Assembly: GCF_002113885.1 (NCBI RefSeq)
Contig: NW_018406874.1
Location: 812,713 to 876,712 of the forward strand
Length of the DNA stretch: 64,000 bases
From: Mizuhopecten yessoensis
Lineage: Eukaryota
Direction of reading: 5' to 3'
In this document: one piece after another, positions 37,540 to 51,180 of the stretch
Position numbering within the stretch: the stretch's first letter is position 1
Layout: every line of letters begins with the position of its first letter
The notes under the pieces: model-generated
What the model was told of the DNA's origin: nothing
The model's input: only the letters and a program-made list of their open reading frames with translations
Databases searched by the model: none
Position numbers and translations under genes: made by a program

Positions 37540-38562
37540 CACCGGACATAACTTACCAGTATACCACAGGTACCAGACATAACTTACCAGTATACAACAG
37601 GCACCAGACATAATTTATCAGTATACTACAGGCACCAGACATAACTTACCAGTATATCACAGGCACCAAACATAACTTACCAGTATACAACAGGCACCAG
37701 ACATAATTTACCAGTATACTACAGGCACCAGACATAATTTATCAGTATACTACAGGCACCAGACATAACTTACCAGTATACCACATACACCAGACATAAC
37801 TTACCAGTATACCTGAGGCACCAGACATAACTTACCAGTATATCACAGGCACCAAACATAACTTCCCAGTATACAACAGGCACCAGACATAACTTACCAG
37901 TATACTACAGGCACCAGACATAACTTACCAGTATACAGCAGGCACCAGACATAATTTACCAGTATACTACAGGCACCAGACATAATTTATCTGTATACTA
38001 CAGGCACCAGACATAACTTACCAGTATACCACAAGCGCCAGACATAATTTCCCAGTACACCACAGGCACCAGACATAACTTACCAGTATAATACAGACAC
38101 CAGACATAACTTACCAGTATACCTAAGGCACCAGACATAACTTACCAGTATACCTGAGGCACCAGACATAACTTACCAGTATATCACAGGCACCAAACAA
38201 AACTTACCAGTATACAACAGGCACCAGACATAACTTACCAGTATATCACAGGCACCAAACAAAACTTACCAGTATACAACAGGCACCAGACATAATTTAC
38301 CAGTATACCACAGGCACCAGACATAATTTACCAGTTTACCACAGACACCAGACATAACTTACCAGTATACAACAGGCACCAAACATAACTTACCAGTATA
38401 CCACAGGCACCAGACATAATTTACCAGTATACCACAGGCACCAGACATAACTTACCAGTATACCACAGACACCAGACATAACTTACCAGTATACTACAGG
38501 CACCAGACATAATTTATCAGTATACTACAGGCACCAGACATAACTTACCAGTATACTACAGG
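37540..38562. repeat. 31-bp minisatellite, about 33 copies
   Basis: Unit GGCACCAGACATAACTTACCAGTATAC(C/T/A)ACA. Confidence 0.95.
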
Positions 38563-39294
38563 TTATGTGCAGATCCAGGGAAGGGAGCTTCTTTTAGGCA
38601 GGCGCCTCCACCATTCTTACTGAAATAAACAGTAGTTCTATAGTTCTGAGGTAGACCTGTCCCCTACTCCCTTCACAACAATTGTGAGGGAAGAATGGCA
38701 GATCTAACACTTTTATTTTATTTTTATTTCCACACATTTTCAATGGATGGAGATGTTAACAGTAAACGTCATCAACTTAGCGCCCTCTCCCAAAATCGTA
38801 TGATTCGCCACTCAATGTATTTGGGAATTCCCGGAAAACTTTGAAGATTTACGATTGACCCCAAGTTCAACTCATTATTCATCTTCCTTTCCGAATATCG
38901 ACTTTCTGAGGCACCTAATTCGGATCCGATGTTTCTAGGATAACGGATCAATAAATGGATCTCTGTTTGTCGTGACAATATCTCTCATTTAATTTCCCTT
39001 TTTTTTCAATTAAAAAAAATCTGTCATTTCTTTCTTATAATGAAAATTTCAATTTTAATTGAAAATTACCACGCCCCTCTCTTCCAGATGTCAGTATATT
39101 ATAAGGAGGTATATAATTAGTGTAACTTTGATTACATCGAGTGAACGTCATCCTTTGAAATATTATATTATAATTATTATACCGAGGGAAATTGCGACAA
39201 TTATTCAAAATTCATCATAACAATTTAATCGGATTAAAGTACATATTAGAATGCAGACATGCAGAAAATGCTAGACATTTTATTATTCTTAATT

Positions 39295-39501
39295 GCGCGG
39301 TGGCCAAGTCTGGCATTCTGCTACCACCAGCCCTCCACCATTGGGTTGCGGGTTCGAGACCTACGTTGGGCAGTCGCCAGGTACTGGCCGTAGGTCAGTG
39401 GTTTTCTCTCCGGGAACTCTGGTTTTCCTTCACCACCAAAACCTGGCACGTCCTTAAATGACCAAAACTGTTAATAGGACGTAAAACACAAACAAACCAA
39501 A
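39295..39501 (+). mobile_element. tRNA-derived SINE (V-domain-like)
   Basis: A-box-like GTGGCCAAGT and B-box GGTTCGAGACC. Core GTGGTTTTCTCTCCGGGAACTCTGGTTTTCCTTCACCA, (CAAA)n tail and a 7-bp TSD CTTAATT. Confidence 0.85.
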
Positions 39502-41189
39502 CTTAATTCTGCTGTCAATTGGGATGTTGTTCAGGATATAATGGTGGAACAGAACAAGGCAATCACATGTAATGCTAATCCGAACCCTAAATTTTTACTT
39601 TGGAGGATCCTCAGAGTTTGTATATTTATAAGGTTTTCTAACTCAAATAGAATTCATAATTGAATTATTTTACTAAACGTAATTAACATACCTCACGTTA
39701 CGCATTGTCGTGTGTCTGAGAGTTAAATGAAAACTAAATCTGAAATCTATATTGGTATAATTTCAGCTACTGTATATTATTTACAAATCGTTTGTTCCTT
39801 ACGTATTTTTATTTGACAAAACAAAAGTGAACATTTTACAGAGGTTGTAACAATTTATGAGATGTCCTTTTCCAAATAACAAAATTCTGATGGAAGTTAA
39901 TGTACAACAGATAAAAGTGGTCATGTCATAATTATTTTGATTTAGTAGATCACAGCAAAATAAACCCAGTATTAAAATGGTTTGTTGAAAACATTTGTAG
40001 GCGGATGGCTTCAGAAAAATTATACTTTGAATTAACTGCAAATTTAAAATACCTATTACAACAATATTAATGCATTAAAGAACAATGTTAATGTAGAAAT
40101 TATTTTTATTTATTGTGAAGAAATTTTTATTAAGTTATTTTTAAATGATGAAATCAACCTTACCGGATCTTACCACGGACTTAGATAACTAATATAATTC
40201 CGTGATCTAACCAACTGCGCGTGTACGTCATCCTTCGCCTAGTAACTCTGAATGTCCTTTCCTGGTGCCCGCCAGGAAAGATCCGAGTTTCTCTGTAAAT
40301 ATTTAACTTTGTCTCACCATAATTAGGTTGAATTCTTAGAGATCATCTATCTCATCACGTTTGTAAACAGGACTGACTGTATATATATATATACATTACT
40401 GAGCTTATGCAAGGCCGACTAGTATTCCTGTATCATACATTCCTGGAATGTCCTTTAATTTCCGCGAGTCCGGTCGTTAATTCAAGCTCATGTTCACATA
40501 TTCTATATATTTTATTTTGTGCAAAAAAAGATGTTTCCAACCGATACTCTGGTTTCAATATATGTGTACATTTATATAGTGCATGTATAATAAAATCGAA
40601 ATGTGTTTTATCAAAAAGTACAATTAAACAGGATGAAAGTGAATAAACACATGTGCAATATTTTTCATGGTTTTGCATTGCTCTGATTTGAAACAATGTA
40701 CGGCTTAAATTGTATAAAAATGTTGATAATTAACGTTACAAAATCGACCGTTACTTGATGCAATTTGATACTTTGTAACACATTTTTCCCACCAGTTTTA
40801 ATTGACAGGATTTCCATATATAGATGTGGATATGATTTAAGCAATTTTATTGTTGATAGTCAATTTCATTTCTATAAAGCCGAGTAATTGCATGTCTCAC
40901 GCTACGCTGACCAACAATCTAGAAGCCACCTTATAGGCACCTGTCTTTATATGCGGACGAGCAAGTGTACACAAGCTCCTCTCCGGGCTACACAATGCTA
41001 ATTGTTTACAAATAGCGTACGTCACAGCGGTTAACCTGTTGTACACCAGTGGCTAGGGTTTTACAATTTGATCCCTTATGACAATATATTTGGTTTACAG
41101 TATACGAAATATATACGGCCACATTGTTGGAACGTTGCCTAGATACATGACGCTAGAGTAGGGCGATTTACTACCGGGGTAGATCAACT

Positions 41190-41225
41190 GTGACTGGGCG
41201 ACCAATCAGAAAGCGCGTATCAAAG
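41190..41225 (+). promoter_or_regulatory. Candidate CCAAT-box promoter element of the Cys-rich protein gene
   Basis: GACCAATCAGAA (NF-Y-like) in a locally CpG-rich stretch about 290 bp upstream of the ATG at 41491. Confidence 0.4.
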
Positions 41226-41490
41226 CTCCATTTTCGTGAACTGAACGGGGGCACGTTGGATATAACAGCAGAAAGCTTCATTGATATTACCCCCAGAAAA
41301 CTGTCCTCAGGAAGTTTCGACATTACATTTCGTACAGGAGGAGGACTAGAGATACTTGAGATTCATTCCGGGGGACAATCATACACTATGTGAAAGGACG
41401 CAAGCTTCCGTGATTCCCAAGCGCTGGCCCGCTTGTAGTTAGTGTCGAGGCCCCATAGCTCTCTATGTGAGGTTGTAGAAAAAGTGCCTT

Positions 41491-44327
41491 ATGAAAAGAA
41501 AGTTTCGAAATATGAAGGAAAAGTACAAAATTCCAAACATTTTAATATCAACATTATGTATTCTATGGCTGGCCATAGGTGAGTTTTAGAAAGTCATTCA
41601 AGTAAGCTTTGATGTTGTCAAGTTGTACATGCTGTGAATCTGGTGCAGCTGTGATGGAGTGAAACTTTATATTACTTTAGAGCATTATCAGAAATCACAA
41701 GTAGAATTCAAATAACACAGTTTAACATGGAAGTATTATTGTTTAACCGGTGATTTAAATAATTTTGAGTAATATTGATTAGTTAGATATTTCAGTTACA
41801 AAAATAATGTTATCCAAGTTTCAACTGTTTGTTTTATTTGTGTGATATACAACAAGTGGAAAAATTGGGAAGAAGTGATCCTCTTTCATAAAATATATAA
41901 TCAAAGGTATAATATACGTAATCGACATTTTTTATGCTAAAATCTGTTCTCTTACAATTAAAAACGAAATGTAAAGATATCAACTTATCTCACATTGTTT
42001 ATTTCCTTTAAAAAATGAAAAGTTGAAAACGATTTTCAAAACAAACCGATATCAGGCTTTGTTTATATTAATAGTAGTAACCCACTGATTACAATGATGG
42101 AATATTGTGTTATACAAGACTAGGATCACAGGATTAGTTGACATGACTTAAATATTTGTTTCGTCGCCTTAGAATGGAAGTCGAATATAAAAAACAACGT
42201 AAGTTGTTACAGACTCTGAAAATGTATGTCAAATTTGATAATAATTTTTTTTTTAATGTACACAATAAAAAAAAAAAAAAAATCTTAATTGTTATTGATA
42301 TGACAAGGAAATAACATAGGCAGGACATGTACAGTTAACAATAAGAAAACACTAAAACTGATTAAAGGTCTATTTAATGATATTCGAAACTACCGGTAAT
42401 ATTAAAAAGAAATGTTTTCAATAAATTTTATTAAGTTAAAAAGAATAGTAAGGATTGCTTCGATAATGAAATACATGTGGATTTACCCCATGTTTTGCCA
42501 TTGGCATATAGCTTTGTGAAATACACCATTTGGTCAGGCTATGGGTTTCCAACAGACCTCACACATTGGTACTGGGTATATCAAACTTGAACCTCAAAAC
42601 ACATTTAGTATTCTAATTACTGCTCAACTAGAGAAATAAAAGTTTTAAGTAAAACTAAGTGCTAGTAATTATATAAGGTTACTACACAAGTTATTGCAAT
42701 GTGATAACGAAGCATAACATTGTCTGTATTTAGAAACACCTAGCTATTATGATTTTTGAAATAGGAACATATTTCAATCAGTTGTGTAGGTGGACTGTAA
42801 ATGATGTGCATGCAGTTTATCATCAAGCTATCTGCTCTCCACCCCAACATCCCTGCTCTGGTATAATATTTATCGCAAGTACAAATTTGAGGTGCATGCA
42901 ATTGCTTATTTACTTTGCTTACATGTCAGTTATGTGTTCTGCCTGACATTGTAAAGATTTAAGATCGTGTATTGCAGTGTCTTTTGATTTTGGTACAAGT
43001 TATAAAATATATCTGAGCAAATTTTTATTTTCGTGAATTTTATGGTAGAATTTTAAAATAAAGGGCAGACTGGGCACAGCTGAAGGCCGACATGGTTGAA
43101 CACCTGGAGACTTGACTATAATGGAAACTTGAGAAAATGCTATTTGAATTTGTGCCAGCTATATTGGTAAAGTGAGCAAACTTAAAATTATATGTACATA
43201 ACCTGTATATGTATATAGGACATTTATGTACACTGTACAATACTAGTTTGGGTGGTAAGCACTGCCCATTTGTCAAATAAGCTGTAACAACTTTCATAAA
43301 ATTATGCTTACCTGGCTTTTTTCCAGCTTTATTAAAATGTCCTTTGATAATGCTAGCAGGATATACATATATTGTCAAAAAACAGAATCCAAATGTCACA
43401 TAAAAACGCTCATAAAACATAAATTTGACATTACAAACAAAATTTGCAGAATGCTGTGGTGTGGAATTTGTGTCTTGACAATTTTTTTAAAAGGACCTTC
43501 CGGCAGTGCTAGGTGATAAAAATCTAATACTAGGGAATGTTCAGTTCATACAGGGTTCTTAAGTTCGTTTTTGTTAAAAAATTTGAAATAAAAATTTAAC
43601 TCATGAGAACTCTTTATTCTAGCCTGTTTAGAGTTAAAAAATATAGGCTTATAAAGATCTGTTATATTGTGTGATTTGTCAACCAAGGTTTCTAAAATCA
43701 ATGAATATACCAATATCCACTTTATAGAAGAGATATTTTAATCATATTGAATCTGTTAGCAGATAATCATAAGTTTAATAAGATTAATTAAATCAATCTC
43801 TCCTTAATGATGTAGACAGAAAAAGGTCAACAAGAGGGTCAGATTTGTTTTAAGTTTAGCATAAGATTTTAGTTTAATATATTAAACAGGTATGTAGTGA
43901 CGTTGTATGATAGGTATATATTTAGTTCACAAATTATGTAATTATACTGTATAACATATATGTAATAACATTGCATAATAGGTATGTAATTACATTGTAT
44001 CATATTTATGTAATTAAGTTGTATAAATGATATAAAATTATATTGTATAACAGGTTTGTAATTACATTGTATGAATGGAATGTAATTCAAAAATTACTTA
44101 CGCTGTATAAAAGGTATGTAATTATAACAGGTATGTAATAGCATTGTATAACAGATATGTGATTACTTTGTATCACAGTTATGTAATTAAGTTATATAAC
44201 CGGTATATATTTATGTTGTATAACGGGTATGTTATTATGTTGCAGATTCTGTGTCTGGATCATGTTCTGCGGGTCAGTTCTTTGATTCTGTAAACGGCAC
44301 ATGCTACGACTGCAATTCTGGATTTTA
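41491..44327 (+). CDS. 5' part (exons 1-2) of a secreted or membrane Cys-rich protein with a GCC2/GCC3 (ephrin-receptor-like) repeat; incomplete
   Basis: Exon 41491-41578 reads MKRKFRNMKEKYKIPNILISTLCILWLAI (signal-peptide-like) with donor G|GTGAGT. Exon 44246-44327 (TTGCAG| ... TA|GTAAGT) is in matching phase and reads DSVSGSCSAGQFFDSVNGTCYDCNSGF(Y). The next exon was not found in the window. Confidence 0.7.
43880..44240. repeat. Degenerate ~24-bp minisatellite ending at the exon-2 acceptor of the Cys-rich gene
   Basis: Unit approximately TGTATAACAGGTATGTAATTACAT. Confidence 0.8.
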
Positions 44328-45589
44328 GTAAGTACATGTTCATGTAAAAACAAAAGGCTTAAAAAAAAAGCATTTCAAAAAATAAACAAAAAGTTTATGT
44401 TTCATTATTTACAGATAGCAAGGTAGTAATTTTAAATAAAACACAATCTATTAAATTTTTAATTTATTCATTTTAAAAATTTAAAAAAGAAAGAAATACT
44501 ATATATCTGAACTATGTTTCCTACATTATTTTCACCCTTTGCCTAACTATTGTACCTCAATCCAAGGGTTATGGCACTGGGGATATTGACACTTTCTGTT
44601 TAAAACAAAATTTCCGAGTATTTTGGCATTTATAAATAGAAGAATAACTATAAAAACACATGTTTACCGCTCGATACACTTGATTAGAAAGGGTGGCTTT
44701 ATTCAGAAAGCTAGACTTGTAGCCTGGTCGATAACCTTAGAAATCAGCAGTTTTTACATGTCGGGTGTTATCACCATAACCTGGACTGGATTACATGTGT
44801 CATTGTAACAACGGTCGTTCTAATCGTGTTACCTCTTGTTTATTTTGCCATTGCTGAGTACATGTAAAGATTGTGGAATTGTACATTTGAAACATTAACA
44901 CTAAATGTGTTCAAATATTTGTTTTGTAGAGCTGGTTTCTCACTCTAGGATCTTTAATTTAGAGAGAAAAAACGAAACTTTTGTAATTTCAATCTCTCAG
45001 ATATCAGATCCGAAGTCTAAACCTAGCAAGCAAGCAAAATGTAGTTCAGGACACTTTCTTTGCAAAAACTTAGTAGGTGATAGCCAGTCTTATGTGCTTG
45101 TAGCATTTACTGATCAAATCTACACACACATAACAGAACATGCCTATGAATGGCTGGGGATATTGTGATTTACATATTGATTATTATCTATGTGCTCTTG
45201 TTTTCATTGAAAACATTATAACTACATAATTGCTATATTACAACATACATATATATACAAAGATTTATATTCCCTAACAACATTTACTTTACATGGAAAG
45301 AAACTTCGTTCTCTATTTGTTTGAAAACATGCATGTTCATAACTTCTACCTCCAGCCTAGTAGCGTCTTCTTTGAAAAGATTTGATAATTGTATTGACAG
45401 TTGTATACTAATACCATAATTTACCTGTCTATAAAAACTACTATTTGCCTGTCCATAGTGACCATGTTTTAACCTTACAGGATTACCATTTAATATTTAT
45501 CTGATTTTAGAATAACTGTTACCTATATATAGTGCCTGCTTTTTTTTTTACAATAAGAGTGATAACACATTGATACCTTTCCATAATAA

Positions 45590-46205
45590 CTGGGATTTAC
45601 CTGCCTACAATGTAAATTTACCTGAGTATAGTGACCACTATATACAGGAAAAATATTACTTATTACCTTCATATAGTGACCTGTATTTACCTGCCTGTAA
45701 TGTAAATTTACCTGGCTATAGTGACCACTATATACAGGAAAAATATTACTTATTACCTTCATATAGTGACCAGTATTTACCTGTCTGTTATGTAAATTTA
45801 TCTGGCTATAGTGACCACTATATAGAGGAATAATATTACTTATTACCTTCATATAGTGACCTGTATTTATCTGCCAACTCCTATTTCTACCTGTATATTA
45901 TGACCACTAGTTACCTGTCAATAATGACTGTAAAGTCATTTTCACCTGTGTATAGTGACTGCTAGTTACCTGTCAATAACAACTGTGAACTCATATTTCT
46001 ACCTACGTTTAAAGACCACTAGTTACCTGTCAATAACGACTGTTGTGTTTAATAATGACTGTAAACTCATATTTCTACCTGTGTATAACGACCACCAGTT
46101 ACCTGTCAACAATGACTGTAAACTCATATTTCTACCTGTGTATAACGACCACTAGTTACCTGTCTAAATGACCAGTATTTACCTGTCTAAATGACCAGTA
46201 TTTAC
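45590..46205. repeat. Composite minisatellites (~90-bp unit x3; ~60-bp and 22-bp units) built on a TTACCTG core
   Basis: Periodic ORF text at 45523-45852 and direct repeats of GACCACTAGTTACCTGTCAA and GTATTTACCTGTCTAAATGACCA. Confidence 0.85.
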
Positions 46206-46779
46206 GGAGACAGGATGAACACATACGCTGTCCTGTATTTGTTTACTGTAGTTAGGATCGGTAAGCTTGTGCCTATTTTGTTTGTGAATTCCTTGGACGA
46301 TATGTTTATTGTGGGTATAACTTGATGCTGATTGGACTGTCAGAGATAATGGTTTTCTATGTATATAGATAGAACTGATGGATTTGTTGGGTGAATGATG
46401 TAGCACTAGACAAGGAATATTATACAAATCCCCCGTCACATATTGATTTCTCTCCTTAGGGTAATACCTGTTAAATACTTATTAGTTCATGCAAGACTAG
46501 CAAAATATAACTTACGTGTGACTCAGCTCAATTAATGTAATTGATATATATTTTTGTTCATATTGATTTTTTGTTTATTACGAAATCTGTTTATCAATTT
46601 TGTGTTCCATCAACTTGATCCAGGAACTGAAGTGTAGTGTGTAAGGATTAACATCAATTATTGAATGCCAATTAACTATCTTCTATCATTTTTAAGCCTG
46701 CTTGGTTTTCTGATATAATAGGATATTGGGTAAAACAGTTTTTTACAAGTCTGGTCTGTTCAGGTATATTATTTCCTAA

Positions 46780-47030
46780 CCCATGACCAGGTGTGTGTAC
46801 GGGTTTAATATAGGTAAAAACTAGGTTACACAACAGGTAAAGGTGTGTGTGTGTGTGTGTGTGTGTTACACAACAGGTAAAAAATAGTGATCACACAGAA
46901 AGGAAGTAAAATATGGGTTCTTACATAACAGGTTAAAAATAAGGTAACTTACACAACAGGAAAACAAACTAGGCTTTGCTCAGAACAGGTAAAACACCGG
47001 GTTAACATAGCAGGTAAAACAGTGTTAGGT
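46780..47030. repeat. Degenerate ACACAACAGGTAAAA repeat with an embedded (GT)n
   Basis: About 8 decayed copies; (GT)n at 46843-46866. Confidence 0.7.
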
Positions 47031-47976
47031 TTGTGAAAAATAGCATTTGTTATAAACTGATATGATTCTAACATAGGTACAATGATTAATTTATAAAAAA
47101 TGTTCGTAGGTATTATAATTTATTCATATGCAGGTTTTCCCATATTATTTGAAATGCTAGCAAGATATAGGATTCTTAAGACTTAATCATGCATAAAACA
47201 TTGAAAAATCAATATTTCCTCTTTCACATTAGGTATTCTGTACTAAAGTTGTGAGCTTGTGTCGGACATCGTTGTGAATTGCAATTAACCGAAGTTGACG
47301 ACGGAGAGTTTTCTGATCAAAGCTTCCGCTGCTATTGACATGCTGATCTCCGACACATTAGGGATTATACCGTGGTGAATTGGCACATAAATTTATGTCC
47401 GATTACTAAACCATGTCACCGAGTCAATTTAGGTGCCACATAAAGGAGTTAAATGAAGCAACACAATTGACTAAATATTTTTGGAATTTATCCATACGTT
47501 GTGGATGATGTTAAAAGGTCAGAATTGTCCAGTAGAGAAGGTGTATACCAATAAATGATCAACTGATAGCTATGAAACATTATTAGATTGTTGATATTGA
47601 GTAACTTGAAAGCCATCGCTACCACAATTCATGTAGATTTTCCAGATGAATTTACTTCAAACATTTATATATGGTTTTTAGGCCATTAATTCTCCCCAGA
47701 TATCACAATATTACTTTCTCATTTTCATTAATGTTGGATTAAGATAGATATCTGGTGGTGCTATTTGAAAATTGGAAATGCTTTTGACACAACATGATGA
47801 GGTTACATTGTTGACTCTCAGAAAGCTGATAATTTGTATTATGTATATAGTAGTGTAATAGTAGGGATTAAGGAACCCTGTCCCACAACAGGCAAAACAT
47901 TAGAGAGTTCCAGTGTGGTTTTCATACACTCAGTAACCTCCCCTTATTTTTGTGTTGAATATAAATATAACTGTAA

Positions 47977-49200
47977 TAGGACTAGGCCATCAAACGACCC
48001 CTGACCAGGCCCAATGTATAGGACTAGGCCATCAAACGACCCCTGAGCAGACCCAATGTATAGGACTAGGCCATCAAACGACCCCTGACCAGGCCCAATG
48101 TATAGGACTAGGCCATCAAACGACCCCTGACCAGGCCCAATGTATAGGACTAGGCCATCAAACGACCCCTGACCAGGCCCAATGTATAGGACTAGGCCAT
48201 CAAACGACCCCTGACCAGGCCCAATGTATAGGACTAGGCCATCAAACGACCCCTGACCAGGCCCAATGTATAGGACTAGGCCATCAAACGACCCCTGACC
48301 AGGCCCAATGTATAGGACTAGGCCATCAAACGACCCCTGACCAGGCCCAATGTATAGGACTAGGCCATCAAACGACCCCTGACCAGGCCCAATGTATAGG
48401 ACTAGGCCATCAAACGACCCCTGACCAGGCCCAATGTATAGGACTAGGCCATCAAACGACCCCTGACCAGGCCCAATGTATAGGACTAGGCCATCAAACG
48501 ACCCCTGACCAGGCCCAATGTATAGGACTAGGCCATCAAACGACCCCTGACCAGGCCCAATGTATAGGACTAGGCCATCAAACGACCCCTGACCAGGCCC
48601 AATGTATAGGACTAGGCCATCAAACGACCCCTGACCAGGCCCAATGTATAGGACTAGGCCATCAAACGACCCCTGACCAGGCCCAATGTATAGGACTAGG
48701 CCATCAAACGACCCCTGACCAGGCCCAATGTATAGGACTAGGCCATCAAACGACCCCTGACCAGGCCCAATGTATAGGACTAGGCCATCAAACGACCCCT
48801 GACCAGGCCCAATGTATAGGACTAGGCCATCAAACGACCCCTGACCAGGCCCAATGTATAGGACTAGGCCATCAAACGACCCCTGACCAGGCCCAATGTA
48901 TAGGACTAGGCCATCAAACGACCCCTGACCAGGCCCAATGTATAGGACTAGGCCATCAAACGACCCCTGACCAGGCCCAATGTATAGGACTAGGCCATCA
49001 AACGACCCCTGACCAGGCCCAATGTATAGGACTAGGCCATCAAACGACCCCTGACCAGGCCCAATGTATAGGACTAGGCCATCAAACGACCCCTGACCAG
49101 GCCCAATGTATAGGACTAGGCCATCAAACGACCCCTGACCAGGCCCAATGTATAGGACTAGGCCATCAAACGACCCCTGACCAGGCCCAATGTATAGGAC
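47977..49200. repeat. 42-bp minisatellite, about 29 almost identical copies
   Basis: Unit ATAGGACTAGGCCATCAAACGACCCCTGACCAGGCCCAATGT. Among internal copies, only copy 2 differs (2 substitutions). Confidence 0.98.
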
Positions 49201-49219
49201 TCTCAAACTTTTTGCCTTC

Positions 49220-49375
49220 ATTTTTATGCCCCGGGGTGGGGGGTGGGGGCATATAGTGTTGGCCATGTCCCTCTGTAATCAAAGTGGTTGTTACTATTTA
49301 TAGAACATCAAACACTGAAAGTAATGTCACATGGTGATGGGGGCATTCATGTCTTACAAACATTTTAAAGTTTTC
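49220..49375 (-). mobile_element. Short HINE-like element next to the 42-bp array
   Basis: T-run plus hairpin ATGCCCC...GGGGCAT, then TGTCCCTCTGT, and a GGGGGCATTCATGT terminus. Confidence 0.5.
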
Positions 49376-50437
49376 ATAAAAGTTTGGCAATGGTATGGGT
49401 TTCTTTTCAGAAATGATTATTAGTTATATAGATGCTATTTTCATGCAGATTAAAAAGTTTCCAATTCAAAGTTTTCTTTATTGGTACACTAAGGAATCCT
49501 TAAGTTAGGTCATCAACATGCATGGACACCTGTACTGTCTCATCATGTTCCTACTTTTCACCAAGCTAGGATTCTAATAAGCTTACTGACTACACCCGCA
49601 TGTAGTACAGTAATGTGACATATTACTGACATTGCTTGTACAATGTAGTACATAAATGATGTAAAATGAGGGAAGTCGCCCCAGCAATATAAAGTTCTGT
49701 CAACTGATTTGCTCTTGTTTGGCCAAATGGAAGGGTCAAGTGGCTAATCTTAAGCAGGTATTAATTTCTTTAAAGAAATAAAAAATCCTACTCATTTAAT
49801 TAGATATCTCAACAAGGATCCTTGGAAACTAATTTCCTCTCAGAAATTAAATAGGTTTGTGACACCAGTAATGGACTAATTAGTTTTACATAAGTACCTG
49901 TGACCAGATCTACCTTTATGTACTGACCTGTACATGTACTTTTACTGCAGTATCACATTGTGATGTTTTCTGTCCATTCCTATAGATCTGGGGAGATAAG
50001 GACAGGAAATTGGCTACAAAAACATGACTTCAAGACCTAACTTGTAAACTGACTTTTCATTAAATTGCTGAAGTTACATAACAGACAACACAGTCTGTTA
50101 GCAGTGGGTCCGTTTATGTCGGGGCTAGCCTGGCCACCATTTTAAAAGACCTAAAATTTCCATCTTAATTAAGGCGTCTATGATAATATCTCTGAAGACA
50201 TTGTAGGTTTATATAGAAACAAAGGAATTGTTCTGGAATGGGGAACCTATTTCTGTGCTGTCTGAACAATGTGGAAATAATTGACCCTTAAAGGAATGTC
50301 CTAATTATAGAACAGCATATATAAACCATATATTTCATTGACCAAACTGACAATTGTTTTGTCATGTGGCTATGAATAGACTTTTTTTTACATGGACAAG
50401 TGAATGCTAAGTAGAAAAATATAAGTCGACTTATCAG

Positions 50438-51180
50438 ACATTGTCCTGTACAAAGGTCTGGGTTACACAATGCCCTGTACAATAACACAATGCCCTGTAC
50501 AAAGGTCTGGGTAACACAATGTCCTGTACAAATGTACAAAGGGCTGGGTTACACAATGTCCTGTACAAAGGTCTTGGTTACACAATGTCCTGTACAAAGA
50601 TCTGGGTTACATAATGTCCTGTACAAAGGTCTGGGTTATACAATGTCCTGTACAAAGGTCTGGGTTACATGATGTCCTGTACAAAGGTCTGGGTTACACA
50701 CTGTCTTGTGCAAAGGTCTGGGTTACACAATGTCCTGTACAAATGTACAAAAGTCTGGGTTACACAATGTCCTGTACAAATGTACAAAAGTCTGGGTTAC
50801 ACAATGTCCTGTACAAATGTACAAAAGTCTGGGTTACACAATGTCCTGTACAAATGTACAAAGGGCTGGGTTACACAATGTCCTGTACAAATGTACAAAG
50901 GGCTGGGTTACACAATGTCCTGTACAAAGGTCTGGGTTACACAATGTCCTGTACAAAGGTCTGTGTTACACACTGTCTTGTGCAAAGGTCTGGGTTACAC
51001 AATGTCCTGTACAAAGGTCTGGGTTACACAATGTCCTGTACAAAGATCTGGGTAACATAATGTCCTGTACAAAGGTCTGGGTTACACAATGTCCTGTACA
51101 AATGTACAAAGGTCTGGGTTACACAATGTCCTGTACAAGTGTCTGGGTTACACAATGTCCTGTACAAAGGTCTCTGGGTT
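50438..51180. repeat. 29-bp minisatellite with 37-bp variants
   Basis: Unit ACACAATGTCCTGTACAAAGGTCTGGGTT, with or without an extra TGTACAAA. Confidence 0.95.

Noticed and set aside
37540-38562. CRISPR-like appearance of the 31-bp array (and other 29-44-bp arrays)
   Set aside because: Units are contiguous with no unique spacers, there are no cas genes, and the context is eukaryotic.
39295-39370. tRNA gene
   Set aside because: It has A/B boxes but no cloverleaf, and it continues into a SINE core and tail with a TSD.
46252-46260. 9-nt microexon TGTAG|TTAGGATCG|GTAAGC as exon 3 of the Cys-rich gene
   Set aside because: In the required phase it reads TAT TAG (stop). At most it is a cryptic or poison microexon, and nothing supports it.
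47944-49266. 440-aa (-) and 434-aa (+) ORFs
   Set aside because: Both are translations of a 42-bp (14-codon) tandem repeat lacking stops in those frames. There is no synonymous variation and no unique domain.
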